A stretch of 64,000 nucleotides of DNA from a virus (IMGVR_UViG_2724679564_000005); one strand, 5' to 3'; counted from the stretch's first letter, positions 20,002 to 29,773 are shown. The notes: generated by a model from the letters alone, not told the origin. Translations and numbers: made by a program.

Positions 20002-20048
20002 TGTTCTTTCCTGCCTTATAAATTCCTCATTTATTAAATTGTTTTTAA

Positions 20049-20591
20049 TTAGGATGCAAGTGCTAATTCGTTTTGTAATTCTTCTATATCAAGTTCTAAT
20101 TTGTTTCTTTCTTCTAACATTTGATTTAATTTTTCTAGTTTTTGCTGTAATCTAAATTTTTTTAGTTTATTCTCTGTTTCTATTTTAATTTTATGTAACA
20201 TATTAACATCTGTATTTTCTTCTGTTATAGTTTGTTTTTCCACAATATGTGTTATTGTATATTCATGTGTAAGAACACATTCTTCATTTTCATAACAATC
20301 ACCTATCATATTTTCTTTCCATATAAGTTTTATGTTATATTCTGTTTTATTATTTAAATATACAATAATGTCTCCATCAGTATATCCCATATCTTCATTT
20401 ACATATGTAATATAAGCTAATCCATTTTCTAATATATCTTTAAATATGTCATCATGTTTATCTAAATTGGCTATAATTAAGTTATAATAACTAAACAAGT
20501 CTTCATTGCCATTCCTTATAATTTCTTGATATATTCTTTCAAATAAATCTTTTGTAAATTGATTTTTAACTTCTTGTAATTGATTTTCCAT
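20049..20591 (-). CDS. hypothetical protein with C-terminal coiled coil (180 aa); ends at the IS boundary
   Basis: ORF track; stop codon 20049 lies just outside the IS left end. Confidence 0.45.
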   Translation of the reverse strand: MENQLQEVKNQFTKDLFERIYQEIIRNGNEDLFSYYNLIIANLDKHDDIFKDILENGLAYITYVNEDMGYTDGDIIVYLNNKTEYNIKLIWKENMIGDCYENEECVLTHEYTITHIVEKQTITEENTDVNMLHKIKIETENKLKKFRLQQKLEKLNQMLEERNKLELDIEELQNELALAS

Positions 20592-20630
20592 TAAATTCCC
20601 TCCAAAATATATTTGTTTAAAACTAAAATT

Positions 20631-20945
20631 TTATAATATTTTGTTCCTTAATTGAATAATTTCTTTAAGCTTATTTCTTCTACATTCTTTCAAACTTTCT
20701 GTCCCTTTATCAACTTGATATTCTACCTCTTCTATTAGCAAAGCAATTCCTTCGTGCAAAAGTTGCTTTTCTCTTTCATTTAATAAATCCTCATATAAAT
20801 AATGGATTTCTTCATCTCCATTACCGCAATATGGACAAATATAGGTAATTAAAACTTCATTCTTTTTAATTCTTCTACAAGACATAACGTCTGCTTTTTC
20901 ATTACAGTTTGTACATATTATTTTAATGTTTTCTATAACCAACAC
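20631..20945 (-). CDS. zinc-ribbon protein (104 aa)
   Basis: CTNCNEK ... CPYCGNG. Confidence 0.4.
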   Translation of the reverse strand: MLVIENIKIICTNCNEKADVMSCRRIKKNEVLITYICPYCGNGDEEIHYLYEDLLNEREKQLLHEGIALLIEEVEYQVDKGTESLKECRRNKLKEIIQLRNKIL

Positions 20946-20953
20946 CTCTTTTA

Positions 20954-21274
20954 TTATTCTATTTCTTCGACTTCAACTTCTGTTTCATAGGGACTATCTT
21001 CACTAACAACATTGATATTAATTGTTTCATTAACCTCATCTTTATCGCAAAACCATGGCTTTTCTCCATCAATTAGAGGATTTCCATATCCCTCTATAAA
21101 ACCCTCTCCAAACCTAGCTCTCATTTGTGCTATATGTTCTGCATGTTCTTCGTATGTATCAAAATCAAACATACATTCTCTAAAATTTTTCATCCATTTT
21201 TCGTCCAATTGTTTATCATCTATTTCTATTTCATATTCATCTGTTCTATGTACTACACATTTATATTTTTTCAT
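20954..21274 (-). CDS. acidic hypothetical protein (106 aa)
   Basis: ORF track. Confidence 0.4.
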   Translation of the reverse strand: MKKYKCVVHRTDEYEIEIDDKQLDEKWMKNFRECMFDFDTYEEHAEHIAQMRARFGEGFIEGYGNPLIDGEKPWFCDKDEVNETININVVSEDSPYETEVEVEEIE

Positions 21275-21288
21275 AACAAGTCTCTCCT

Positions 21289-21468
21289 TTATTCTTCTAC
21301 CCTAAATTTTGAATCTATACTAATATCTACTTTTCCACCAATTTCATCTTCTAAAACTTGTTTAACACACTTATCGAGCTGTTCTTTAGGATTATCTATC
21401 AAATCCTCTTTATCTTTAACTTCGCCTATTGCGGTTAGTTTAATCGTAGCTTCATATTTAGCTTCCAT
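21289..21468 (-). CDS. small hypothetical protein (59 aa), not in ORF track
   Basis: MEAKYEATIKLTAIGEVKDKEDLIDNPKEQLDKCVKQVLEDEIGGKVDISIDSKFRVEE; fills an otherwise empty gap. Confidence 0.3.
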   Translation of the reverse strand: MEAKYEATIKLTAIGEVKDKEDLIDNPKEQLDKCVKQVLEDEIGGKVDISIDSKFRVEE

Positions 21469-21489
21469 ATTATCTATATACCTCCATTT

Positions 21490-21651
21490 TTACAATATGT
21501 TATTATAACTATAAGAACTTCTTATTATATCTTCATACACTTCTTCTATTTCTTTTGTTTGAATTTTAAATATCTCATCTATTTCTTGTATTGCAGTTGC
21601 TTTATCTACATTGAATTGTTGCATATAGGATTCTATATCTTGTTCTGACAT
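21490..21651 (-). CDS. small acidic protein (53 aa), not in ORF track
   Basis: GGAG RBS then ATG; MSEQDIESYMQQFNVDKATAIQEIDEIFKIQTKEIEEVYEDIIRSSYSYNNIL. Confidence 0.3.
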   Translation of the reverse strand: MSEQDIESYMQQFNVDKATAIQEIDEIFKIQTKEIEEVYEDIIRSSYSYNNIL

Positions 21652-21680
21652 ATAATTCTCCTTCACGTATTATCTTGTAA

Positions 21681-22229
21681 CTAAAGATTTTCCCAATCTG
21701 TATACATAAGTACTTCATAAAGTTTTGTCACCTGTGGACTTCTCCATGCTGTCATGGCATATGGATGAGGATTTTTATAATGATAATTATTTGATTTAAT
21801 ATGTTCTTTGCATTCTCTTAAAGTTAGAAACATTGTATTTGGTGCAATTTGTTTCTCAATTCTATAATTAACTAAACTTATATTTTCTAAATGCAATTCA
21901 TCATTCATAAAATCAAAAGCATCTCCTATTGTATTCATTGGTTCAAATCCATCAATTAATATTGATCCATTTAAAAATTTAATTGTATATTCTAAACAGT
22001 TGTCATAAATGTAATCCAATAAAAAATCACAAGCTGCTTCTAAAGTATCTCCAATTTCTTCGCTACCATAATAAATTGTTTGTCCTGTAATATCAAATCC
22101 ATCATCAATTCCATATATTTTTACATCTTGTATAACAACCCAAAATCTCGGATTGGCTTGACCAACAGTATCTTGAGTTAACATTTCATGTTGTAATTGT
22201 TTTAGAAAATCTTTATCTTCTTTTTTCAT
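21681..22229 (-). CDS. hypothetical protein (182 aa)
   Basis: ORF track. Confidence 0.45.
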   Translation of the reverse strand: MKKEDKDFLKQLQHEMLTQDTVGQANPRFWVVIQDVKIYGIDDGFDITGQTIYYGSEEIGDTLEAACDFLLDYIYDNCLEYTIKFLNGSILIDGFEPMNTIGDAFDFMNDELHLENISLVNYRIEKQIAPNTMFLTLRECKEHIKSNNYHYKNPHPYAMTAWRSPQVTKLYEVLMYTDWENL

Positions 22230-22231
22230 TC

Positions 22232-22381
22232 TTATCTCCTTATTATTCTTATGTATTCACTATATAACATTGGACTTATAACAAATTCTTGAAAACAATC
22301 CTGACAAACTGTTGAATATACAACTTTGTCGCCTTTTTTATCATATTCAATAATTGGTTTTCTGTTTTTATGATTACACAT
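22232..22381 (-). CDS. small Cys-containing protein (49 aa), not in ORF track
   Basis: MCNHKNRKPIIEYDKKGDKVVYSTVCQDCFQEF...; GGGAGAA upstream; stop 2 nt before the next start. Confidence 0.25.
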   Translation of the reverse strand: MCNHKNRKPIIEYDKKGDKVVYSTVCQDCFQEFVISPMLYSEYIRIIRR

Positions 22382-22400
22382 TACTTTCCATGTTCTCCCA

Positions 22401-22763
22401 TTACTTAATTTTAAATGGAATATAACTATCGCTTAAACCATTTGTTAATAAAGCACATTCTAATTCTAATTTTGTATTAATAAATTCTCTATATTTTTCA
22501 AGTATTTTTAATCCTTCTTCTATTGGTATTTCTGTGAATTTATCCTCGCAACCATAATCACCTTCATACATTATTCCATCTTCATCTACACCTAATTCTA
22601 TAGAAAATTTTTCTTTAACTTGTGGGTGAGACACATATATTAATATTCCTGAAAATGTTTCAAAATGGTGTGTTGACTTTAAATCTATTTTACAAGTTTT
22701 GTTACACTTAATTAGTTCATCAAATGATATATTCATATCAAAATTTTTAGACACTTTATGCAT
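22401..22763 (-). CDS. hypothetical protein (120 aa)
   Basis: ORF track. Confidence 0.4.
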   Translation of the reverse strand: MHKVSKNFDMNISFDELIKCNKTCKIDLKSTHHFETFSGILIYVSHPQVKEKFSIELGVDEDGIMYEGDYGCEDKFTEIPIEEGLKILEKYREFINTKLELECALLTNGLSDSYIPFKIK

Positions 22764-22827
22764 TTTATTCCCTTCCTTATTTTAAAATTGTTTTATATTA
22801 TAAAATTGAACTTTTATCATATTTTTT

Positions 22828-23229
22828 TCAAATAATTATTTCTTTTATTCTTTGTATAGTTTTGTCAATCATTCGATTTCTACTTAATTCCCATTTCTTT
22901 TTATCTTCATCATATGGAAATTTATCATTCAATTCACCATAGTTGACCCAAGTTTTTTTATCTTCTAGCAAATATCCGTATTTTTGTCCTTCTAACCATT
23001 TGATTAATTCAATGAATTTTTGATTATTAAAATTAAAATCTTTTGAATGATTGAAGGGTTTGCAAAACTTGCCGTTTATACATCTTGTTGTAACTAATAT
23101 ATCTTTACCACAATACTTGCATTTATAAATTCTAATTGTTCTGTTGTCATTCTCAAAATCTTCTGTATTACAATCAGTTGTTTTTGTAAGTCTTAAAGGA
23201 TGATGTAATAAACATATTAACTTTTTCAT
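22828..23229 (-). CDS. zinc-ribbon-containing hypothetical protein (133 aa)
   Basis: CKYCGKD...C. Confidence 0.4.
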   Translation of the reverse strand: MKKLICLLHHPLRLTKTTDCNTEDFENDNRTIRIYKCKYCGKDILVTTRCINGKFCKPFNHSKDFNFNNQKFIELIKWLEGQKYGYLLEDKKTWVNYGELNDKFPYDEDKKKWELSRNRMIDKTIQRIKEIII

Positions 23230-23315
23230 ATTTATTTCCTTTCTTTTAAGTTTTATTAAAATAATTTAAACTGTATAAAAGGTTCTGTTAACTTATAGTT
23301 GTATTGGGCATTACT

Positions 23316-23558
23316 TTACAATTTAACTTGCCCTTTAGAATCTGCTTTATCTAATATTTTCTTACACCTTTTACACGTTACCTCTGAAGAATTTCCTTTA
23401 TTAGTTTCATCATCATGTTTCCACATACGATTGCATACACTTGTCATTAAATATTCAGTACCATTCCACATTCTTATACCACAGTGTATAAGTTTATTTC
23501 TTTTAATTAAATTAATTCTACCTTCAAACATATTTTCACTCCTTTTTTTGAATTGCAA
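23316..23558 (-). CDS. small Cys-containing protein (80 aa)
   Basis: ORF track. Confidence 0.35.
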   Translation of the reverse strand: MQFKKRSENMFEGRINLIKRNKLIHCGIRMWNGTEYLMTSVCNRMWKHDDETNKGNSSEVTCKRCKKILDKADSKGQVKL

Positions 23559-23559
23559 C

Positions 23560-23787
23560 TTAATCTAATGTAATAAACACCTTACCATTTTCATATTTTG
23601 CATCAATCCCTGCCCCACTAACTATTTCTAAAATAGTTTTAGAATGTTGTTCAAACATCTCATTATTTACTGGTTCAAAGCTCTCTTTCCTTTCGTTGTA
23701 AGCATTGATAATTTCATCTGCTGACGGACTTAATTTCTCCATTAACATTATTTGCTCCATAAAATTCATAATAGTTCCACCTTTCAT
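23560..23787 (-). CDS. hypothetical protein (75 aa)
   Basis: ORF track. Confidence 0.35.
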   Translation of the reverse strand: MKGGTIMNFMEQIMLMEKLSPSADEIINAYNERKESFEPVNNEMFEQHSKTILEIVSGAGIDAKYENGKVFITLD

Positions 23788-23790
23788 ATT

Positions 23791-23937
23791 TTAATTTGCT
23801 TTATGATTATGCATTCTGATTTCTATATCACTTTTAATGACCTTAGTATACTGATAACAATCACTTTTATCTTTACAATTAGATGTACATATTCCCTTAC
23901 ATCTAATGCCTTCTAGATACATTTCTTTAGTAACCAT
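23791..23937 (-). CDS. small Cys-rich protein (48 aa), not in ORF track
   Basis: AAGGAGAC RBS; MVTKEMYLEGIRCKGICTSNCKDKSDCYQY... Confidence 0.3.
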   Translation of the reverse strand: MVTKEMYLEGIRCKGICTSNCKDKSDCYQYTKVIKSDIEIRMHNHKAN

Positions 23938-23979
23938 ATGTTTTTGTCTCCTTATACTTCATTTTTAACCCTCTGTTTT

Positions 23980-24360
23980 TTAGAGTTCTTCACCGCAACT
24001 GGGGCAATATTGCCCTGTTTGATGTAATGGTCTTAAATCTAAATCTAATAAATCATTTAAAGTTCCCTTCTCAATCACAACATTAATGTTTTCATTTATA
24101 GTTTTTTCATCTTCGCATTCCTCTGGTATGCCTAAGATATCTATAGGTATTGGTATATCCCTATTATCGTTAAATCTATGTATTTCACTTTCGTCAAATC
24201 TATGTGCGGTTCGCAAATCAGAATTATATCCACCTTCACTTTCTCTGTATCCCCAAAATAGACCCCATTCTCCACCAAATATGCTATTATGCCTATTACA
24301 TAGAATTAAATATTTTTTGCCCATTTTATTCCTCCTCACTTTATGACATAATAATTTCAA
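23980..24360 (-). CDS. hypothetical protein with C-terminal CPSC zinc knuckle (126 aa)
   Basis: ORF track. Confidence 0.4.
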   Translation of the reverse strand: MKLLCHKVRRNKMGKKYLILCNRHNSIFGGEWGLFWGYRESEGGYNSDLRTAHRFDESEIHRFNDNRDIPIPIDILGIPEECEDEKTINENINVVIEKGTLNDLLDLDLRPLHQTGQYCPSCGEEL

Positions 24361-24368
24361 ATTTAGTA

Positions 24369-24569
24369 TTATTCTTCATAAGTAAACTCTGTTACATTTT
24401 CAGCCTTATACACCTTAACCCTTATCACTTTATCCCTAATATCATCCGTGATCGTGTCTATTTTCGCTTCTAGTATTTCTTTACTACTGGCAGAAACTTC
24501 TCTTCCATTACCGTTTTTGAATTTAATCACTCCTAAATAAAACACTTTTATACTTCCTTTCATAGTCAT
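24369..24569 (-). CDS. hypothetical protein (66 aa)
   Basis: ORF track. Confidence 0.35.
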   Translation of the reverse strand: MTMKGSIKVFYLGVIKFKNGNGREVSASSKEILEAKIDTITDDIRDKVIRVKVYKAENVTEFTYEE

Positions 24570-24587
24570 AATTTTTTGAAATACGAA

Positions 24588-24863
24588 CTATCTTTTATGC
24601 ATTTCGGCAAAACACTTATGGCAATATCCATCATTATTTTTAAATTCTTTTTCTGTTATTTTTGTATTACAAATATCACAAATCTTTGTTTTATCTCCTT
24701 CTACATAACTATTTATTTGTTCTAATATTTTTACCTTATTGTTATAGTTGTACAGATTATTTATTATAGAAATAACATCTCTCTTATCTAAATTTAACCT
24801 TTGTATACCATTATTAACTATTGTTATAAATTCTTTTAAGTCTTCTTTATCCATTTCATTCAT
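24588..24863 (-). CDS. zinc-ribbon protein (91 aa)
   Basis: CDICNTK ... CHKC. Confidence 0.4.
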   Translation of the reverse strand: MNEMDKEDLKEFITIVNNGIQRLNLDKRDVISIINNLYNYNNKVKILEQINSYVEGDKTKICDICNTKITEKEFKNNDGYCHKCFAEMHKR

Positions 24864-24928
24864 GTTTGTCTATTCCTCCTATAGATTTGATTTATTAAAT
24901 TATTTTGAATAAAATAGTTAATTTATTT

Positions 24929-25399
24929 TTATTCCATATCAATATTATAATTCATTTTTAAAGTTCCTTTTGGTATATATATTTTAATTTTTCCTGTACC
25001 CAAACAAGGCATATCTTTAAGTTTTGGATTTACAAATTCTTTTTTATAAAAAATTATTTTTGGTTTTTCTATATTATTTTCAATCATATAAACATTATCA
25101 TTATTTTTAATCTTTTTTATTTGAGTATTATCATCTTTACAAGTCATATAGTAGTAATATATTTCTCCATTTATATTTCCACTGCCTAAAAAGAAGTTTC
25201 CATTTATTGATTGATTATCTTTAATTGCTTTAATAAAAACAGTAGTGTCTATAACTTCTTTTTTAGATGCATGTATATTAATCATAAAAAATATTAAAAT
25301 CATTAATATGAAATTTATTAAGCAACCCATGATAAAACCTTTTATTGTTGCTAGTATGTATTCCAAAAGATTAGGATGCCCTATAGTCCAAACAATCAT
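24929..25399 (-). CDS. membrane-anchored hypothetical protein (156 aa)
   Basis: N-terminal hydrophobic segments. Confidence 0.4.
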   Translation of the reverse strand: MIVWTIGHPNLLEYILATIKGFIMGCLINFILMILIFFMINIHASKKEVIDTTVFIKAIKDNQSINGNFFLGSGNINGEIYYYYMTCKDDNTQIKKIKNNDNVYMIENNIEKPKIIFYKKEFVNPKLKDMPCLGTGKIKIYIPKGTLKMNYNIDME

Positions 25400-25516
25400 A
25401 GATTTAATACAAATAAATATACATATTATCCATACAACTACAGCTACACTTATTTCAATATATTGTATTTTAATTACCTCCTTTTGTTAGATAAGGAATG
25501 AAATTAATCATTCCTA

Positions 25517-26041
25517 TTACTTAACTCCTGTACTTCCTATTCCACCTCTGTCCTCATTACCTAAGTCTTCTACTTCTATAAACTTTAATATAGGCATTTT
25601 TTCTTGTATTCTAAACTGTCCCATCCTTTCTCCTAATTCAATTTCACCTTCTCTAGTTGCATAAAATATCATCATCCATTCATCATTATTACCACAATAA
25701 GATTCATCTATAATACCTTCTGAATTAACTAGTAATAGTCCATAGTTTTTAAATGTGCTACTTCTTGGTAACACATAGGCTTCATATCCTATAGGTAATT
25801 CCATACTAAAACCTAATTTTATTTTTAATACCTCACCTTTTCTATAATAAACAGTTGTTTTTCCATTATGTATTTTTGTAAATAAATTTGAATCACTTTC
25901 TTCTTTTAAGCCTTTAGTATTCTTTACTACTTTGATATTACAAGCTCTAACGTCTATCCAGTCTCCCTTATCTATTTTCTTTAGCTTCCAATCCTCATTG
26001 TTATGATGGTATTTAATTCTTACTTCTTTATTCATATTCAC
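25517..26041 (-). CDS. dut: dUTP diphosphatase (trimeric dUTPase)
   Basis: motifs LPRSS, GIIDESYCGNNDEW, GERMGQFRI and C-terminal RGGIGSTG. Confidence 0.8.
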   Translation of the reverse strand: MNMNKEVRIKYHHNNEDWKLKKIDKGDWIDVRACNIKVVKNTKGLKEESDSNLFTKIHNGKTTVYYRKGEVLKIKLGFSMELPIGYEAYVLPRSSTFKNYGLLLVNSEGIIDESYCGNNDEWMMIFYATREGEIELGERMGQFRIQEKMPILKFIEVEDLGNEDRGGIGSTGVK

Positions 26042-26104
26042 ATCTTTCCTCTCTTTTTAAAAAATTACTTGTAAGAAATGGGTGTCCAAGCCTTACAAGT
26101 ATTA

Positions 26105-26133
26105 TATTACCAAATTGTTTTATAATTGTCAAG
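26105..26133 (-). promoter_or_regulatory. conserved-family promoter TTGACA-17-TAATAT upstream of dut
   Basis: rc: TTGACAattataaaacaatttggTAATAT. Confidence 0.5.
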
Positions 26134-26154
26134 TATTTATTTTAATTTATTAAA

Positions 26155-26799
26155 TTATTTTATATTATGTAATAGTTTATCTATTAATCCTACTAAATAT
26201 CCTCCAACAAAGTTACCTATAATTATAACACTTATTTTAATAATAGTACATTTATTCCACATTTGTCCACATGAAATATAAAACATATCAGCAATACTAT
26301 GTTCAAATTCACAGAATACAAAAATGACTACTGGAATTAGAATTGAAATAGTTTTATCTACTAAATATTTTTGTCTTGAAGATAACAAAACTCCATATCC
26401 TACTAATGCTCCGCAGAAAACTGCTAATATAAACAAGCTAATATTTGTATCTGTAATTCTTAATTGTACTAGCTTATATGCCTTAGTCTGTAAAATTACA
26501 TTTAACCTTGTTAATCTAAACATATAAGCTGCTAAATATGCTCCTATAAAGTTTCCTATCAATGATTGTAAAATTAATAAAATATGTTCTTTTTTATTTT
26601 GAGCAAATGGTAATAATGGATTTAATCTAGTATATAATAAATTACTAAAATTCATAACTAAGAATAACCCTATTACAAACAACGTACTTCCTATAAGTTT
26701 ATTATCAGTTAAAAGATAGGATATACATCCTATAGAAATGTATATCCCAACCATTACTGAATTTAAAGAATTTAATAATATCTGTTTAACTCTACTCAT
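26155..26799 (-). CDS. integral membrane protein, formate/nitrite transporter (FNT)-like channel (tentative)
   Basis: about 6 hydrophobic segments; CEFEHSIADMFY strongly resembles the FocA/NirC FEHSIANM signature; shorter (214 aa) than canonical FNTs. Confidence 0.4.
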   Translation of the reverse strand: MSRVKQILLNSLNSVMVGIYISIGCISYLLTDNKLIGSTLFVIGLFLVMNFSNLLYTRLNPLLPFAQNKKEHILLILQSLIGNFIGAYLAAYMFRLTRLNVILQTKAYKLVQLRITDTNISLFILAVFCGALVGYGVLLSSRQKYLVDKTISILIPVVIFVFCEFEHSIADMFYISCGQMWNKCTIIKISVIIIGNFVGGYLVGLIDKLLHNIK

Positions 26800-26803
26800 A
26801 AAA

Positions 26804-27292
26804 TTAATAATCTGTTCCTTTCTTATAAATTCTTTGATTTGACGTTGCTAGTTTAATCCCATATTGTATATTATTATTTGTTTTTAATTTTTGATTATAA
26901 GTACCACATTTAATATAATCAACATACTTTAAAACATTATTATAATTTTGTTTTATATAATCTAAATCATATCCTGTATAAATCCAAATTTTTATATTCT
27001 TAAACTCATTTTTAATTATTTTAGAAAAATTCAGAACATCTTTTATATTTGCTTCATTTAAAGGGTCTCCCCCACTAAAAACAACTGCATCATAATGTTT
27101 TATATTTTTTCTTAAATGATTTGTAATTTCATTTTTTATATTCTTATCAAAATTTTCTCCATTATTGCTATTCCAAGTGGAAGGGTTATGACACCCTTCA
27201 CACTTATGTGAACAACCTGATAAAAAAATAGTTATAGAATATCCATTTGCATTAGTATCATCAAAATAAACTATGTTTATATATTTACTCAT
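26804..27292 (-). CDS. nrdG: anaerobic ribonucleoside-triphosphate reductase activating protein (radical SAM)
   Basis: CSHKCEGCHN CX3CX2C motif; about 160 aa; overlaps the nrdD stop. Confidence 0.85.
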   Translation of the reverse strand: MSKYINIVYFDDTNANGYSITIFLSGCSHKCEGCHNPSTWNSNNGENFDKNIKNEITNHLRKNIKHYDAVVFSGGDPLNEANIKDVLNFSKIIKNEFKNIKIWIYTGYDLDYIKQNYNNVLKYVDYIKCGTYNQKLKTNNNIQYGIKLATSNQRIYKKGTDY

Positions 27293-29474
27293 AAATATTC
27301 AACTCTCTTCTTTCAACTTCATCTTGCTTTCCCTTATTCATCTGCTTTTTATCTGTAGTAAGATATCCTGTTACTATTGCCAAATTCTCTACATTATCAC
27401 TTCCACAATTCTCACATTCATCCATAAAAGCCCCTATTGAATATCCACAATCCATACAAGTTGCAATAGGATGTGAAATTCTTATATAAGGAATATCTTT
27501 TTCCAATGCGTAATCTATAGCCTTTGTGATAGCTTTTTCATTATAATTTGCACCATCAACTTCTATGTGAAAAATATTACCTCCATTTGCATATTTAGCG
27601 AATCTACTTTCAATATCTATCTTTTTAAAAATTGGCACTCCTAGTTCAACAGGACAGTGATGTGAATTAGTAATGTATTCTTTATCAGATACCCCTTCTA
27701 TTACTCCGAATTGCCTTCTAATTCCCTGTAATGCTTGTTCTGAATATCCTTCACTAGGAGATGCGTATGTTACAAAATTTAACCCTTCTTCTTTTATGCA
27801 CTTATCACAATAATTCCTAATTGTTTTTACTATTTTTACTCCTAAATCTTCAGCTTCTTTATTTTCACAATGATAATATCCTGTTAATGCTTTTACACAT
27901 TCTGCTACTCCAATATAGCCTATAGCCAAGGAGTTGTTTCTCAAAGCCATTTCAGTTGTTGTTATACATTTATCTGCATCCATTATTGTTTGATTTCCAT
28001 ACATGAAAGATGCTACAGAGGGTTTTTGTTTTCTCATAATATCATATCTAATTAATAAACTTCTTCTAGCACAATCTAATATTTCATTTAATCTGTCAAA
28101 GAATTTATTTACATCTTTATCACTCTCTAATGCCAAATAAGGTAGATTGATAGAAACTGGTAAATTATTTCCTCTACCTAATTTACTATAATTTTGTTTG
28201 AATATATTAAAACCAGTCATCGTGCGGCATCCCATGATATTCATTTCTTCTTCCCAACAAGTAGCTTTGTTTCCACTCCAATCACAATTGACTATTGTAG
28301 GATATAATCTTTTATGTAAAACTTTTTGAGCCAACATTCTAAGATAATAATACTTGTCATTAGGAAACCTATTAATTCCTTTTTTTACTTGAAAACAAGT
28401 TATAGGAAATATGGCTGTTCTATTATGTTTTCCTATTCCTTTATGTAATTCTTTTAAAAACCCTTCTATAATATAAGCACTTTCTTCTTCATTTTTCCAA
28501 TCTATTAATCCTATATTAATACTTGAAAATGGCAATTGATGTCCACTTCTTGATTGTAACGTAACTAAGTTTGTTATTAATGCTTGATGTGCTTGTTCTA
28601 CAGATTTATCTATTAATTTTTTAGCTTTTGAGTATCTATCTCCTAATAATCCTCTTGCCTCTGAAAAAGATATCTGTTTTGGTACTTTAATATTCAAATC
28701 TAATATATCTACTACTTTTGCTACTTCCTTTGCTATGGTTTTCTTTAAAAATGGTATCATATAAATTGAAAAATTCATTAATCCACAACCACCAAATTGG
28801 TCAAGAGATTGTGTTTGTATAATCACAGCTAATAACTGACAAGCTGACTGATAAGAATTCGCAGGTTTAGTATCTCCTTGTCTTGTGCTGAAACCATTAT
28901 GTAATAGTTTAGGATAATCAAGCAAAAGACAATTATGCATTCCTAATACTGTTTTGGGATAATCATGTTGCTTTAATATAGTTTTATCATTTAACTCTAC
29001 TATATCTTTAGGTAATGTATTATTTGCCATATTTTTTTCAATTGCTTCTACTATTCTTAATTCTTTTCCTCCAAAGTTATTTTCATCTATATTAGCATTA
29101 CTGTTTTCTGTGGATATTCTTTCTATTATCTCATTTTTTAGTTTTAAGGTATAATTAGATATTCTTATTCTCTCTCTCTTTTCTCTATAATCTTTATATG
29201 CTTTTGCTATCAATTTATCAGCATTGTATAATTCATCAATTATAATATCTTGTATTTCTTCTATATGTATACTATGTGTATATGATGTTTTAATTCGATC
29301 TTGAATTTTATCTACTAAGACATCTAACCATAAATGATTATTACTCTTATCATCTACTATATTTTTATTTATACAAACTTCATCAGCAGCTCTTTGTATT
29401 GCTATTTTAATTCTGTTTCTATCAAAATATTTTACTCTTCCATCTCTTTTTATTACCTTGATATTTTCTGACAT
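27285..29474 (-). CDS. nrdD: anaerobic ribonucleoside-triphosphate reductase (class III RNR)
   Basis: 729 aa; C-terminal zinc-ribbon cysteines CMDCGY...CENCG, then glycyl-radical TGYL motif. Confidence 0.9.
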   Translation of the reverse strand: MSENIKVIKRDGRVKYFDRNRIKIAIQRAADEVCINKNIVDDKSNNHLWLDVLVDKIQDRIKTSYTHSIHIEEIQDIIIDELYNADKLIAKAYKDYREKRERIRISNYTLKLKNEIIERISTENSNANIDENNFGGKELRIVEAIEKNMANNTLPKDIVELNDKTILKQHDYPKTVLGMHNCLLLDYPKLLHNGFSTRQGDTKPANSYQSACQLLAVIIQTQSLDQFGGCGLMNFSIYMIPFLKKTIAKEVAKVVDILDLNIKVPKQISFSEARGLLGDRYSKAKKLIDKSVEQAHQALITNLVTLQSRSGHQLPFSSINIGLIDWKNEEESAYIIEGFLKELHKGIGKHNRTAIFPITCFQVKKGINRFPNDKYYYLRMLAQKVLHKRLYPTIVNCDWSGNKATCWEEEMNIMGCRTMTGFNIFKQNYSKLGRGNNLPVSINLPYLALESDKDVNKFFDRLNEILDCARRSLLIRYDIMRKQKPSVASFMYGNQTIMDADKCITTTEMALRNNSLAIGYIGVAECVKALTGYYHCENKEAEDLGVKIVKTIRNYCDKCIKEEGLNFVTYASPSEGYSEQALQGIRRQFGVIEGVSDKEYITNSHHCPVELGVPIFKKIDIESRFAKYANGGNIFHIEVDGANYNEKAITKAIDYALEKDIPYIRISHPIATCMDCGYSIGAFMDECENCGSDNVENLAIVTGYLTTDKKQMNKGKQDEVERRELNIYE

Positions 29475-29510
29475 CCAATTCCTTCTTTCTTTTTAATAAA
29501 TTATTTTGTT

Positions 29511-29696
29511 TTAATCTCTCCATGTGTTTTTAAATGCTTCCTCACCTTCTTTCACAAGTTTATTATATTTATTTTTATTAACTTTGAATCTTTTATTGTC
29601 TATATTTTGCATGACATATTCATTGTTATTAATAATATATAGTAAATCCATATCTATATGACTTAACATAAATTCATCATCAAAACCCAATTTCAT
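29511..29696 (-). CDS. hypothetical protein (61 aa)
   Basis: ORF track. Confidence 0.35.
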   Translation of the reverse strand: MKLGFDDEFMLSHIDMDLLYIINNNEYVMQNIDNKRFKVNKNKYNKLVKEGEEAFKNTWRD

Positions 29697-29773
29697 AGTA
29701 TGCTCTCTTCCTTTATATATATTTTTAAATTATTTTATATTAATTTAAAATCAACCTTTTATAAACTATATTT

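Larger units (their letters stand above)
18080..20040 (-). mobile_element. IS200/IS605-family tnpB-only insertion sequence (IS1341-like); ends approximate
   Basis: single tnpB ORF flanked by near-identical subterminal hairpins (18090-18109 and 19982-20001), each followed by similar flanking sequence (GTGGTTCTTATTTCC and GGTGTTCTTTCCTGCC). Confidence 0.6.
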
